This document shows, one piece after another, positions 1-8,425 of a stretch of DNA of 24,810 bases. Position 1 is the stretch's first letter. Each line of letters begins with the position of its first letter. Under the pieces are notes generated by a model. The model worked only from the letters and a program-made list of their open reading frames with translations. It was not told the DNA's origin and did no database searches. Source of the stretch: a virus (lineage: Duplodnaviria; Caudoviricetes). The stretch covers positions 1-24,810 of the IMG/VR virus record IMGVR_UViG_3300025723_000164; one strand, given 5' to 3'. The translations under genes were made by a program, and so were the position numbers.

Positions 1-1
1 A

Positions 2-1477
2 AACACCACTTCAAAAGTTGGTGATTATGCACTTGATAAATTAAAAGATGCAACAAGTGGAATCCGAAAAAGACTAGATCCTCGAAATATAGCCAGACAA
101 ATGGCTGGACCCGGATTATTTGGAGATGTTGCTGAAGGATTGACTAGCGGTGTTATGTCAGCTGCTGGTTTTGGTGCCAAAAAACTTTTTGGTATGGGTA
201 AATCAAAAAAGAATAAAGATCCAAAATATACAACAGTTAGTAATGGTCCAATTAAACCACTTAGAATAGGCGACTCTGTTGCAGATGTACTCGGTAAGAT
301 GTATAACTTTATGACCAAGTCTGGTGAAGTATATAAATTAAATGATGAAATCGAAAGATCATTTAGACAAGAACAATTAGATGAAGATGGTCGCAGACAC
401 AAAGAATTAGTGAAGTCAATTCACGACTTTATGAAATCTTATAAGAGAGTGGGTAAAGAACCAGAAGAAGGCAAAGATAAAGATTCTGGTTTTATGGATT
501 TCTTAAAGCATTTTGTTGAAGGTGAAATAATATTCAAACTTGTTAAATGGGCTGGAGGATTAATAAAAGGTGTTGTTAAATTTGCTTTAGGTACTGCTAA
601 ATTCCTCGGAAAGTTTGTTCTAAGAATGGCCGGATTAGAAGCTGCCTGGCAAGGATTAAAAAGTAAGTTTCCGAAAGTTTTTGGTGAACCTAAGCCTGTT
701 CCGGGAAAAGGTGGCGCAGGCGTTAAAGGTGCTCCAGGAGAAGTTACACCAGAAACCGATAAAAAAGGTAAGATACGATATAGGGATAAAGGAACAGGAA
801 GGTATGCAGCAAAACCAAATGTTCCTAAGGTGTCTAAAGTTACCAAAGCACTCAAAGCTGCTAAAGGAGTACTAAAGGTTATTGGTAAAATTCCATTATT
901 AAGTACAATTGCAGGAGGTGTACAATTGTATGAGGATGTTGAAGATGCAATTGAAGAACATGAAGATGGTGGAATTACCGATACGGAATTAAAAAAGAGG
1001 ATTACTGAAGCTGTTGGCGGTGCTTTGGGTGGAATTGGCGGTGCTGAACTTGGTGCTGCGGTTGGTGCTACAATGGGTAGTATTGTTCCGGTTGTAGGTA
1101 CAGCAATTGGTGGTATTGCTGGTGGTGTAGGTGGATTCTTATTAGGTGTACCTGCTGGTAAATATCTTGCCGGTCAAGCATTCGATTACTTTGAAAATGC
1201 TGATGAAAAACAGATATCTGAAAAAATTGATAACGCTATAATACCTCCGATTCAACCAAAGACACCAATACCAGAAACACAAACACAAACTAGAACTGGT
1301 ATACCAGCATCACTGGAAAATCAACTCGGATTAAGTTCTGGAGAGTCGGTAGTTTCTGTAAATAATAGTGTGAATAATATTGGTGGTAAACCATCTAGAG
1401 TTTTATCTACCAATACGGCTAAACAAAGAAATTCTGATTTGGATAGATTTCTCAGTAATAGTTCAGTAGTAGTTTAA
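2..1477 (+). CDS. Putative baseplate hub/tail-associated structural protein (5' end lies outside the window)
   Basis: The frame is open from base 2 into the listed ATG at 101, so the gene is truncated. It has a glycine-zipper segment (GGALGGIGGAELGAAVGATMGSIVPVVGTAIGGIAGGVGG), Lys/Pro-rich linkers and an SVNNSVNN tail. It converges on gp32, where T4-like phages often carry baseplate hub/tail genes. Confidence 0.5.
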   Translation, partial: NTTSKVGDYALDKLKDATSGIRKRLDPRNIARQMAGPGLFGDVAEGLTSGVMSAAGFGAKKLFGMGKSKKNKDPKYTTVSNGPIKPLRIGDSVADVLGKMYNFMTKSGEVYKLNDEIERSFRQEQLDEDGRRHKELVKSIHDFMKSYKRVGKEPEEGKDKDSGFMDFLKHFVEGEIIFKLVKWAGGLIKGVVKFALGTAKFLGKFVLRMAGLEAAWQGLKSKFPKVFGEPKPVPGKGGAGVKGAPGEVTPETDKKGKIRYRDKGTGRYAAKPNVPKVSKVTKALKAAKGVLKVIGKIPLLSTIAGGVQLYEDVEDAIEEHEDGGITDTELKKRITEAVGGALGGIGGAELGAAVGATMGSIVPVVGTAIGGIAGGVGGFLLGVPAGKYLAGQAFDYFENADEKQISEKIDNAIIPPIQPKTPIPETQTQTRTGIPASLENQLGLSSGESVVSVNNSVNNIGGKPSRVLSTNTAKQRNSDLDRFLSNSSVVV

Positions 1478-1482
1478 CCAAT

Positions 1483-1518
1483 AAAAAACCACACCGTATC
1501 TTTCGATAGAGGGTGTGG
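1483..1518 (-). terminator. Rho-independent terminator downstream of gene 32
   Basis: On the - strand CCACACC-ctc-TATC-GAAA-GATA-c-GGTGTGG is followed by TTTTTT. It has a GAAA tetraloop and lies between convergent genes. Confidence 0.8.
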
Positions 1519-1543
1519 CCGTGTTAATACTATTTAGTGAGAA

Positions 1544-2440
1544 TTAATCTTCTTCAGCTAACTTACTGAAATAACTCAGGTCATCATCTTCGGATGTATC
1601 ATCTTTAAAAGGTGAATCTTCTGCTTGTTTCTTAGGTGCAGCAAACTCTTTTGCCTTAACTTGTTCTACGGTTGTTCGTGGTGCTTCACCATTCAAACCA
1701 AGAACCTTGTCAAGACGAGATTTCAGTACATCGTATGTCTTGAACTCTTTATCACCAATCAACTCCTGTAATGAGAATTCGTTCTTCCAAATCTTTTCTA
1801 ATTCAGCATCATCGTCCAACAACGCTGAAGTTGATTCAAATTCAGATTTATCATAATTCTGATAACCTTCAACCTTACGAATCTTGAGCTTAAAGTTAGC
1901 ACCTTTCCATAAGTCGAACGGATTGATTGCTGTTTCATCTTCAAAAGCAGGATTCATTGCTTCAGTAATCTTATCAAAGATTTTCTTACCAAATTTATAC
2001 AACTTAATCTTACCTTCGTTTTCTGGATGCTTAGGATCCGAAACGATATAAACGTTAGCAATGTAATTCAACTTACGCTTTTGTTTGCGAGCTACATCTT
2101 TGTTAGCTTCAATGCCAGAATTCCATAATGTTGAATTGTGTTCACATACTGGACATTGTTGATTCTTTGTGGTCAAGCATGAATCGATCAACCATCCACC
2201 AGGTCCTTGAAAACCATGTGTAAAGATTTTAACCCAAGGTAGTCCATCTTCACCATCTTTTTCACCTGCAGGAAGAAAACGGATAATGGCCATGCCATTG
2301 CCTGATTTATCTACTTCGGGTTTCCAATAATTGTCGGATTTTTCACTGCCACCTTCAGTTGAAGTGCTGAGGGATTCTACTGCTTTTTGGAGTTTGGCTA
2401 GATTGCCAGAATTGCGTTGCATGTTCGAGAATGAACTCAT
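1544..2440 (-). CDS. 32: Single-stranded DNA-binding protein gp32
   Basis: WKPEVDKSGNGMAIIRFLP, HGFQGPGGW, Zn ligands (H...C...CPVC), KFGKKIFDKI, GANFKLKIRKVEGYQNYDKSEF and an acidic tail ending DDDLSYFSKLAEED. Confidence 0.97.
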   Translation of the reverse strand: MSSFSNMQRNSGNLAKLQKAVESLSTSTEGGSEKSDNYWKPEVDKSGNGMAIIRFLPAGEKDGEDGLPWVKIFTHGFQGPGGWLIDSCLTTKNQQCPVCEHNSTLWNSGIEANKDVARKQKRKLNYIANVYIVSDPKHPENEGKIKLYKFGKKIFDKITEAMNPAFEDETAINPFDLWKGANFKLKIRKVEGYQNYDKSEFESTSALLDDDAELEKIWKNEFSLQELIGDKEFKTYDVLKSRLDKVLGLNGEAPRTTVEQVKAKEFAAPKKQAEDSPFKDDTSEDDDLSYFSKLAEED

Positions 2441-2453
2441 GATGTTGCCTTTC

Positions 2454-2483
2454 GTATTAACGGTATATAAACGGAATATAAAC
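2454..2483 (-). promoter_or_regulatory. Tandem U-rich repeats in the gene 32 leader (candidate autoregulatory translational operator)
   Basis: The mRNA reads GUUUAUAUUCC-GUUUAUAUACC-GUUAAUAC just upstream of the RBS. T4 gene 32 is autogenously repressed through an unstructured A/U-rich leader. Confidence 0.5.
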
Positions 2484-2522
2484 TACTATCAAAAACTACT
2501 GTACTACTCATAATCAACTACT

Positions 2523-2551
2523 AGTATATCATATTATTTAGGCTCAGTCAA
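2523..2551 (-). promoter_or_regulatory. Sigma70-type promoter with a nested late-promoter-like motif, upstream of gene 32
   Basis: TTGACT-N17-TATACT with an extended -10 TG; the spacer contains CTAAATA (2535-2541). Confidence 0.7.
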
Positions 2552-3038
2552 GATATATCTTCAATATTGCCAAAGTATCTTGCCAATTTTTATGAAGAAT
2601 ACCAATACCACCTGCTGCGTTCCATTGGTCGATTACTGATTGTGTGTCGTCAATAATGATTTTGTCTGGGGCCGCATATTTGTACTTGTGTTTTTTACCT
2701 GGAACAAAATTGGGTGTGAATGTAATACCATGAGTTTGTAACCAAACCATTTTCTGTTTAGAAATATCATGATACTTATCTTCAGTAGCCGTAGAAGATA
2801 ACATCTGCGTAGGAACATTAGCTTTACGAAGGAATGTAATTCCATCCATAGCACCTGGCATTAAATCTAAAGTAGCAAATTGATTTGTGGCAATGAACTC
2901 ATCAAAATATTTATTGAATTCTTTTTTCTTTTCGGCTTCTCTTGGTTCCATATCATAGAGTTCTTTGTATCGTTTTACAAAGTCAGCAATCACACCATCC
3001 ATATCCAAATAGATACAACTAATTTTTGGCTTTTGCAT
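2544..3038 (-). CDS. HAD-superfamily 5'(3')-deoxyribonucleotidase-like protein
   Basis: Motif I IYLDMDGVIADF, LSS motif II, K, IIIDD motif IV and a WNAAGGIGILH C-terminus. Confidence 0.85.
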   Translation of the reverse strand: MQKPKISCIYLDMDGVIADFVKRYKELYDMEPREAEKKKEFNKYFDEFIATNQFATLDLMPGAMDGITFLRKANVPTQMLSSTATEDKYHDISKQKMVWLQTHGITFTPNFVPGKKHKYKYAAPDKIIIDDTQSVIDQWNAAGGIGILHKNWQDTLAILKIYLD

Positions 3039-3633
3039 CTGAAATTCTTTCTCTTAATATATCTTCAAATTTTTGAATATTGTATTGGTCGAATATGAAT
3101 GGTTGATATTTTCTCAACTTCAATTCCCAATCAGGCCAAACAACATCTTCTTGTATTTCTTTTTTCCAAACAGGCAAGAAACCCATTATCATATTCATAT
3201 ATAGCAAAGTTTCAATCTGTATCTTACCTTGCATCAACTCTTTTAGTAGGTTTGGATAATTACCTGAAATCTTAAACATCTCACCTGGTTTGTAGTTATC
3301 AAACAAATAGAGTGTATCATTTTCAAAGGTATATGTCAAGGCCTGTTGAGTTTTCTGCCATTTGAGGTAATTCTCATCACCATCTTGTATTAAATCTCCT
3401 ACCCAATCAGCATTACCTTTAATAAAATTAGCAATATAGAAATTCTTTAATTCTTCTAAACTATATTTTCGGGATAATTTATAAAACTGATACTTAGATT
3501 TGTTTGTGGTGAATGTCTGTTTAGAAACATTCGTCTTACCGTGATATTTAAAATAGTCATACGATTCTGAGGTAAAATGAAGCTTCAAAGCATTCCATAA
3601 AGCATAAGCTGCATAACCACTATTCTCGGTCAT
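3019..3633 (-). CDS. 59: Helicase loader gp59
   Basis: ALKLHFTSESYDYFKYHGK, FYKLSRKY, IQIETL and W...KLRKYQPF; lies next to gp33 and near gp32. Confidence 0.92.
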   Translation of the reverse strand: MTENSGYAAYALWNALKLHFTSESYDYFKYHGKTNVSKQTFTTNKSKYQFYKLSRKYSLEELKNFYIANFIKGNADWVGDLIQDGDENYLKWQKTQQALTYTFENDTLYLFDNYKPGEMFKISGNYPNLLKELMQGKIQIETLLYMNMIMGFLPVWKKEIQEDVVWPDWELKLRKYQPFIFDQYNIQKFEDILRERISDAKAKN

Positions 3634-3851
3634 ATAGGCAACTTGGAACTTTTCTTCATCAAATTTAAACCTTCAGCTTCATCTTTAATCTTTGCTTTGA
3701 GTGCAGAAGAAATAAGAGTTGCGGCCACTTCAATTTCTAATCCAGTTTGTTTACAATGATAACAAATAGCATCCATTAAACCTAATCGTTTATCTGTTGA
3801 TAATGTTTCAATTAGAACACTAAAGTTCCGTATTTCGTCTTTCGTAGGCAT
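3630..3851 (-). CDS. 33: Late promoter transcription co-activator gp33
   Basis: MDAICYHC...EIEVAATLISSALKAKIKDEAEGLNLMKKSSKLPI; directly upstream of gp59. Confidence 0.9.
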   Translation of the reverse strand: MPTKDEIRNFSVLIETLSTDKRLGLMDAICYHCKQTGLEIEVAATLISSALKAKIKDEAEGLNLMKKSSKLPI

Positions 3852-4023
3852 TCAAAATTTCCATTAATTGTTCAATTTCATTATTATTCAAAAACATACA
3901 TTGTGAAATGTCTGGAGGAATTCCAGGAGATTTCTTTTCTCTCTCCTGAATTCTCACTAACATTAAGCTACCATCATCACCATATTCTCGTATATCATAA
4001 AACGGTTTTTTAGATACTTGCAT
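3820..4023 (-). CDS. Hypothetical protein
   Basis: 67-aa ORF overlapping both neighbours in the same operon. Confidence 0.55.
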   Translation of the reverse strand: MQVSKKPFYDIREYGDDGSLMLVRIQEREKKSPGIPPDISQCMFLNNNEIEQLMEILNAYERRNTEL

Positions 4024-4528
4024 AAAAAATGTGGTTACCTATCTTTGTTACAACCTTGGCTTTATTCCAACCAGGAGTGACATAGACGGCATGATAAAAT
4101 AATGCGTTCGATCTAGCAATTATATCATGCAAATAAGGTTCTGTCAATGCTCTCTTGGCGATGAGTTGGGATTCTTCCCATTGGTATTTATCTTTAATAC
4201 CACTTACATTCATACCAACCCAGCTGAATTGATGGATTCCATTATTTTTTTGATACACTACGGAACAAATATCTGTGGCAAATTTACCGGAGTTTACACG
4301 ATTCAATGTTACTTGTGCAACAGCTAATTTTCCCTCATAGGATTCATTACCCGATTCATAATAAATGTTTTTTGCTAAGCATTCAACCTGTTTATTATAA
4401 TCTGAACTAATTTGTTTTTTAAGTATAAAATCTGTGAATCCTCCAGAAAGGGATGGATCCATAAAAATGAAAGTTAAAAAATATACTGCGATTGTTACTA
4501 TTTTGGATTTGTGTTTGTTAAACATCAT
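4010..4528 (-). CDS. SleB/Hydrolase_2-family cell wall hydrolase
   Basis: CLAKNIYYESGNE...GKLAVAQVTLNRV...ICSVVYQ...QFSW...ALFYHA...IGNHIFY; hydrophobic N-terminus; strong AAGGAG RBS. Confidence 0.92.
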   Translation of the reverse strand: MMFNKHKSKIVTIAVYFLTFIFMDPSLSGGFTDFILKKQISSDYNKQVECLAKNIYYESGNESYEGKLAVAQVTLNRVNSGKFATDICSVVYQKNNGIHQFSWVGMNVSGIKDKYQWEESQLIAKRALTEPYLHDIIARSNALFYHAVYVTPGWNKAKVVTKIGNHIFYASI

Positions 4529-4544
4529 ATCTCCTTGTTTGATT

Positions 4545-4668
4545 ACGATAACGTTAATCTGTTATCTTGGTCTCCAATTGCGAATTTGATTTTATTGTGT
4601 GGAGTGTTGAAATTCGGTGAGCGTCACCGGCGAATTGGCAGAATCCTTATTGCATCGGATTCAGAATT
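4545..4668 (-). other. Multi-hairpin non-coding leader upstream of the cell wall hydrolase
   Basis: Four stems on the - strand: GAATCC/GGATTC, AATTC..GGTGA/TCACCGAATT, CTCCA/TGGAG and GATAAC/GTTATC. Confidence 0.45.
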
Positions 4669-4689
4669 GTAGTTTTATAAGCAATTTTC

Positions 4690-4821
4690 CTATTTAATGG
4701 CGGTTGTGTTTTTATGTTTCAAAGATTTTTTAATAGCTTTTAACCAAAGTTCTTTTTCTTTAGCTACATCATGTGTAACGCATGCCATATACATTTCTTT
4801 AACAATCTTCTTAACTTTCAT
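4690..4821 (-). CDS. Small basic hypothetical protein (43 aa, MKVKKIVKEMYMAC...)
   Basis: Read manually; AAGGA RBS; directly downstream of the promoter at 4847-4875. Confidence 0.6.
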   Translation of the reverse strand: MKVKKIVKEMYMACVTHDVAKEKELWLKAIKKSLKHKNTTAIK

Positions 4822-4846
4822 GATTGATTCCTTAATTTATATGGTC

Positions 4847-4875
4847 ATTGTACTGTAATATTTAGGCCTTGTCAA
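4847..4875 (-). promoter_or_regulatory. Sigma70-type promoter with a nested late-promoter-like motif
   Basis: TTGACA-N17-TACAAT; the spacer contains CTAAATA (4859-4865). Confidence 0.75.
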
Positions 4876-4877
4876 CC

Positions 4878-5528
4878 TTATTGTGGTAATAAAGATTCAA
4901 TAGTTACTCTTGGTTTTTGTACTACCGGAGCTTTATCTACGTTATCTGCATAATAATAAGTGGTTGCGCCATCTACTGTTATAATCTTCCAGTATCCGGT
5001 TGGTACAGGAATACCATTCATTTTATTATTACCAGCATATACAGCAATATTAACCACATACATATCGGATTTTGATTGTGTGAATAATGTTCTAGTGTGT
5101 TCTTCCAACATTCTCCAAGCCTCTCGGTTAAGTGTTGGTTTTTGTGGTGTCATGTTAGTCATTAAAAATGTTTGATACATCTCCGCTGCGTTAGAAGAAT
5201 CTCCAGCGGGCGCCATATGACCTTTATCGAAACCAGTATTACTGTACTGTGTAGGTGATGGATTCTTACCAATCCTATCATCTGAATGAAATTGATTAAG
5301 TCTTTCTGCGGAACCAATAGAACCATGTTTCAAATGTTCAGCCACAACAATCACTCGATGATTACCTTTATCATATAGTGAAACAAAGAAAGTATTACAT
5401 AATTCAACCGTACCTTTTACTTCGATTGGTGTGCCATTATACAAATCAGGGCAACTAGAAGCTTGACTAGTAACACATACTCCCATTCCTGCACCAATGA
5501 GTAAAAAGCTTAATAGTAATTTTTTCAT
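4878..5528 (-). CDS. Exported DNA/RNA non-specific endonuclease (Serratia NucA/EndoG-like His-Me family)
   Basis: GFDKGHMAPAGD, TFLMTNMTPQ...LNREAWRMLEE and VPTGYWKII; signal-peptide-like N-terminus (MKKLLLSFLLIGAG...SQA). Confidence 0.9.
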   Translation of the reverse strand: MKKLLLSFLLIGAGMGVCVTSQASSCPDLYNGTPIEVKGTVELCNTFFVSLYDKGNHRVIVVAEHLKHGSIGSAERLNQFHSDDRIGKNPSPTQYSNTGFDKGHMAPAGDSSNAAEMYQTFLMTNMTPQKPTLNREAWRMLEEHTRTLFTQSKSDMYVVNIAVYAGNNKMNGIPVPTGYWKIITVDGATTYYYADNVDKAPVVQKPRVTIESLLPQ

Positions 5529-6178
5529 TTTTGTTCCTTGTAATATTTAATTGCCTTAACTAAACCTGGAATATGATCTTCAGTTTTTTGAATAAAGATC
5601 ATCGGTTGTTCATTCTCTACTGCCATAATAATTACCAATTGATCGATTGGATTACCAATCATTTCTTCATACATGAGGCTATAAGCCGCAGTCTGCCAAA
5701 AGTAATCTTCAATATCACCCAATGATTTAATTCTTTTGGAGGTTTTGAAATCGATTACAGATAATACTCCATCAAATTCACCGATACAATCGACTCGGCC
5801 TGCCATACCTAATTGTTTGGACCACAATGCACATTCTTGATAATGAATGTTGTCGATACGATTCAATAATGGTTTGAGTGACTGGAACATTTCTAACGCA
5901 TCAGGCATGATTGTACCCAATCTGGCGTTGTTCAAATATCTTTCACATAGAGTGTGTACATTGGTACCACGGCCTGTGGCTTGCTTAGATATTCGATTGG
6001 CTTCTACTTCACCAACTCTCTTGCGCCACTTCATGATGGCTTCCTTCTTTTGGGCGCCAAGCACCGTGGTGACGGAAGGTAATCGAGTACCATCCTCTAA
6101 TGTGTAATATCGCTTACCATCAGGAAAGGTTTCAGATTTTAAATCGATTAACTCTTTAGGAGGACAAAAATTAAACAT
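5525..6178 (-). CDS. PD-(D/E)XK-family exonuclease conserved in T4-like phages
   Basis: RYY...LPSVTTVL, WRKRVGEVEANRIS...RGTNVH, E...AGRVDCI...IDFKTS and Q..AY. The likely start is MFNFCPP at 6178, overlapping the upstream stop. Confidence 0.88.
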   Translation of the reverse strand: MFNFCPPKELIDLKSETFPDGKRYYTLEDGTRLPSVTTVLGAQKKEAIMKWRKRVGEVEANRISKQATGRGTNVHTLCERYLNNARLGTIMPDALEMFQSLKPLLNRIDNIHYQECALWSKQLGMAGRVDCIGEFDGVLSVIDFKTSKRIKSLGDIEDYFWQTAAYSLMYEEMIGNPIDQLVIIMAVENEQPMIFIQKTEDHIPGLVKAIKYYKEQK

Positions 6179-6953
6179 GTTTTGACTTTGTAACAAATTG
6201 TTGACGAACAGCTTCAAATCTTTCAAATTCTTCTGGTGTAATTACCGATTCAGTAATCTTTTCTCTTACAGATTTATGAAAATCAAATAGCTCTTGAATA
6301 TTAGCTTCATATTTAAAATTTTGTGTAATATGTTTTGTATCATAAGCATCCATAATAATATGATATCTATCTTGGTCAGAATCATTACGAATCTGGTGCC
6401 AATCATTTACCCAAACCATATAAGCATTACCTGCTTCCATATACAAATCTGTACCCGCCATAATAAATTTACACTTACTGTTAGTTATCAATGGAATATG
6501 AATTCTAACCATATATTCATTATCATCAGCATCTTTATGTACCAATGATTTAGCTCCTGCTTTTAAACAAGTAACACGAGCTCGCCTCGGTGTCAAACCC
6601 AAGGCTTCGATTTGATCTAATACTTTGGCAATTTCACCTTGATAACCTTGTGTAGGTTTGTTGTGTTCGGTAGACATGGAGATACTAAAAAACTTTAATG
6701 ATTTATAATTATTATCATCTTTAGGAAAGAAAGTTTCCATAGCTTCACCTTCATCATTCTGAAAGAAATCCCATCCATCTTTCCAATCACCATTACTCGA
6801 TAACAATGACCAACCACCAAATCCGTGATACGCTGGTGTTTCGTATTCTTCGCCTTGAATCACTTGTTGACCTAATGGAAAAACATATTTCTTCACATCA
6901 GCCAATAATTTAGCGTGATCGAATTTAATACAATCTAATTTTTCATAAAACAT
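6171..6953 (-). CDS. Aspartyl/asparaginyl beta-hydroxylase-like 2OG-Fe(II) oxygenase
   Basis: RARVTCLKAG...HKD...RIHIPLITN...MEAGNAY...N..H...N.S..DRYHIIMD, giving an HxD...H facial triad plus Arg in the AspH-family pattern. Confidence 0.8.
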   Translation of the reverse strand: MFYEKLDCIKFDHAKLLADVKKYVFPLGQQVIQGEEYETPAYHGFGGWSLLSSNGDWKDGWDFFQNDEGEAMETFFPKDDNNYKSLKFFSISMSTEHNKPTQGYQGEIAKVLDQIEALGLTPRRARVTCLKAGAKSLVHKDADDNEYMVRIHIPLITNSKCKFIMAGTDLYMEAGNAYMVWVNDWHQIRNDSDQDRYHIIMDAYDTKHITQNFKYEANIQELFDFHKSVREKITESVITPEEFERFEAVRQQFVTKSKHV

Positions 6954-7501
6954 TATAAGTTTCCTGTTTCTCTTAACATATCACATACATCATTAAATAC
7001 ATAAGTAGAAGTACCGAGCTGTATGATTACCCGTTCTTCAAATTTGCTTTGTGGTTTTACTGAATGTGGTTTAGTCACATCAAGTACATAAACATCATTG
7101 TACTTTGCTAAAAAATTACTATTGATGATTAAATCCTTTTCATCGTATAAGAAACCATCAGTTTGGTTTGTTATCTGCTTTGTATTATTTGTGTTACTCT
7201 TAAATTTATAAAAATCAGTAACACAATTCTCTGGTCTAACATAGATATTAATTACTGTTTTATCTGAGGTGTCTGTGTGTGGTGGAATCTGTGTGTTGAT
7301 TTTCATCAATGAGGTGTAGAAACCTTTATGATATTGTTTTGGTATTAATGACCAAATCAAATTATGACCTGTAGTCAATTCAAGGTTATAGTATTTTATA
7401 CCTTTAAATTCACCACCTTCATTTAAATCATAGGAGGTCTGGAGATTTTTTATTATATAATCTCCAACAATTAGCCTATTTTTTAATTTGTAAAATTCCA
7501 A
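6953..7501 (-). CDS. Putative 2OG-Fe(II) oxygenase/cupin-fold protein
   Basis: IPPHTD...INIY...LDVTKPHSV...ERVIIQL (HxD...H...R). Confidence 0.65.
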   Translation of the reverse strand: MEFYKLKNRLIVGDYIIKNLQTSYDLNEGGEFKGIKYYNLELTTGHNLIWSLIPKQYHKGFYTSLMKINTQIPPHTDTSDKTVINIYVRPENCVTDFYKFKSNTNNTKQITNQTDGFLYDEKDLIINSNFLAKYNDVYVLDVTKPHSVKPQSKFEERVIIQLGTSTYVFNDVCDMLRETGNL

Positions 7502-8109
7502 TCTCTCACCTTTAACATATCACGACACCAAGATTTTAATACTAACGCATTATCAGCCGCTTTGTCAACCACCTGAGTAAAATCGGTTGATATAGACACC
7601 CTTAAATCTTTGGATTGGTTGGATTCTATCTCATGTAATATATATGCTGGTATAATTACAATCTTACCGGCTTTTGGTTTCACTCTTATTTGCTTACCAT
7701 CTTTAACATAACACACCAAATCACCACAATTGTTTGGTGCTTTAACATAATAAGTGGTAGCGAATGAGGCATCCGGATGTCCATGTAGTTCAATGCCTTG
7801 ACCTGGTTCTCTTACGTTTGGCCAACCCATATCACACTTGAACCTGTAATTGAGTTCTCGTATCTCTGGTATATCTTTTAATATAAGGTTATTGGTGATA
7901 GACATAAGTGTAGTCTTGAGAATACGCAGCATGGGTCTATCATAGTCCCATAAACTTTCTTTCGGATTTGCTTCGGTTGAAACTTCTTGTGCTATAGAAT
8001 AAATCTCATCGAGTAAATCTTCATTAAACCGACTATCAAAGTCGGTCTGGTGTTCCCATATTGGATAATGCCAAAGGGCATTAACCTTTTGTTTGTTTCC
8101 AGTGTTCAT
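7483..8109 (-). CDS. Putative 2OG-Fe(II) oxygenase of the type common in T4-like cyanophages
   Basis: W.NV..PG....HGHP...TYYVKAP..CGDL...PKAGKIVIIPAYILHEIE.N.S...RVSIS. Confidence 0.75.
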   Translation of the reverse strand: MNTGNKQKVNALWHYPIWEHQTDFDSRFNEDLLDEIYSIAQEVSTEANPKESLWDYDRPMLRILKTTLMSITNNLILKDIPEIRELNYRFKCDMGWPNVREPGQGIELHGHPDASFATTYYVKAPNNCGDLVCYVKDGKQIRVKPKAGKIVIIPAYILHEIESNQSKDLRVSISTDFTQVVDKAADNALVLKSWCRDMLKVRDWNFTN

Positions 8110-8425
8110 ATTGTTTTACAATCTCACATTCATCCCACACAATACCATCATGTGGATTTTCTTTAGCTGATTTAAATTGATCCTCATATAATATATGTTC
8201 GATAATTGGAATACCTTTATGCCAAATCTTTTCTAGTATATCGGAATAATCGGTAAACATTTGAAAGAATTTTGATTTATCTTTTTCAGATAGATTGAGA
8301 ATGTCTGCATTAATTTGAGTATCGAAATAATACACAACATGTTTTCTATACAATTCAATTTCTTCGGTTGACATTACACCATCACTATTGAGGTCTATAT
8401 CTTTAGAATATTCCATTTTATGCAT
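8081..8425 (-). CDS. Hypothetical protein with an N-terminal EF-hand-like Ca2+ loop
   Basis: DLNSDGVMSTEE fits D-x-N-x-D-G-x-hydrophobic-S-x-x-E; overlaps both neighbours. Confidence 0.6.
   Translation of the reverse strand: MHKMEYSKDIDLNSDGVMSTEEIELYRKHVVYYFDTQINADILNLSEKDKSKFFQMFTDYSDILEKIWHKGIPIIEHILYEDQFKSAKENPHDGIVWDECEIVKQYEHWKQTKG

Noticed and set aside
4545-4668. tRNA or known riboswitch
   Set aside because: I could not recognise a cloverleaf, T-loop or ligand-binding consensus, so it is kept only as an unassigned structured leader.
5525-6178. cas4 as part of a CRISPR system
   Set aside because: It lacks the Cas4 Fe-S cysteine arrangement and matches the stand-alone exonuclease of T4-like phages.
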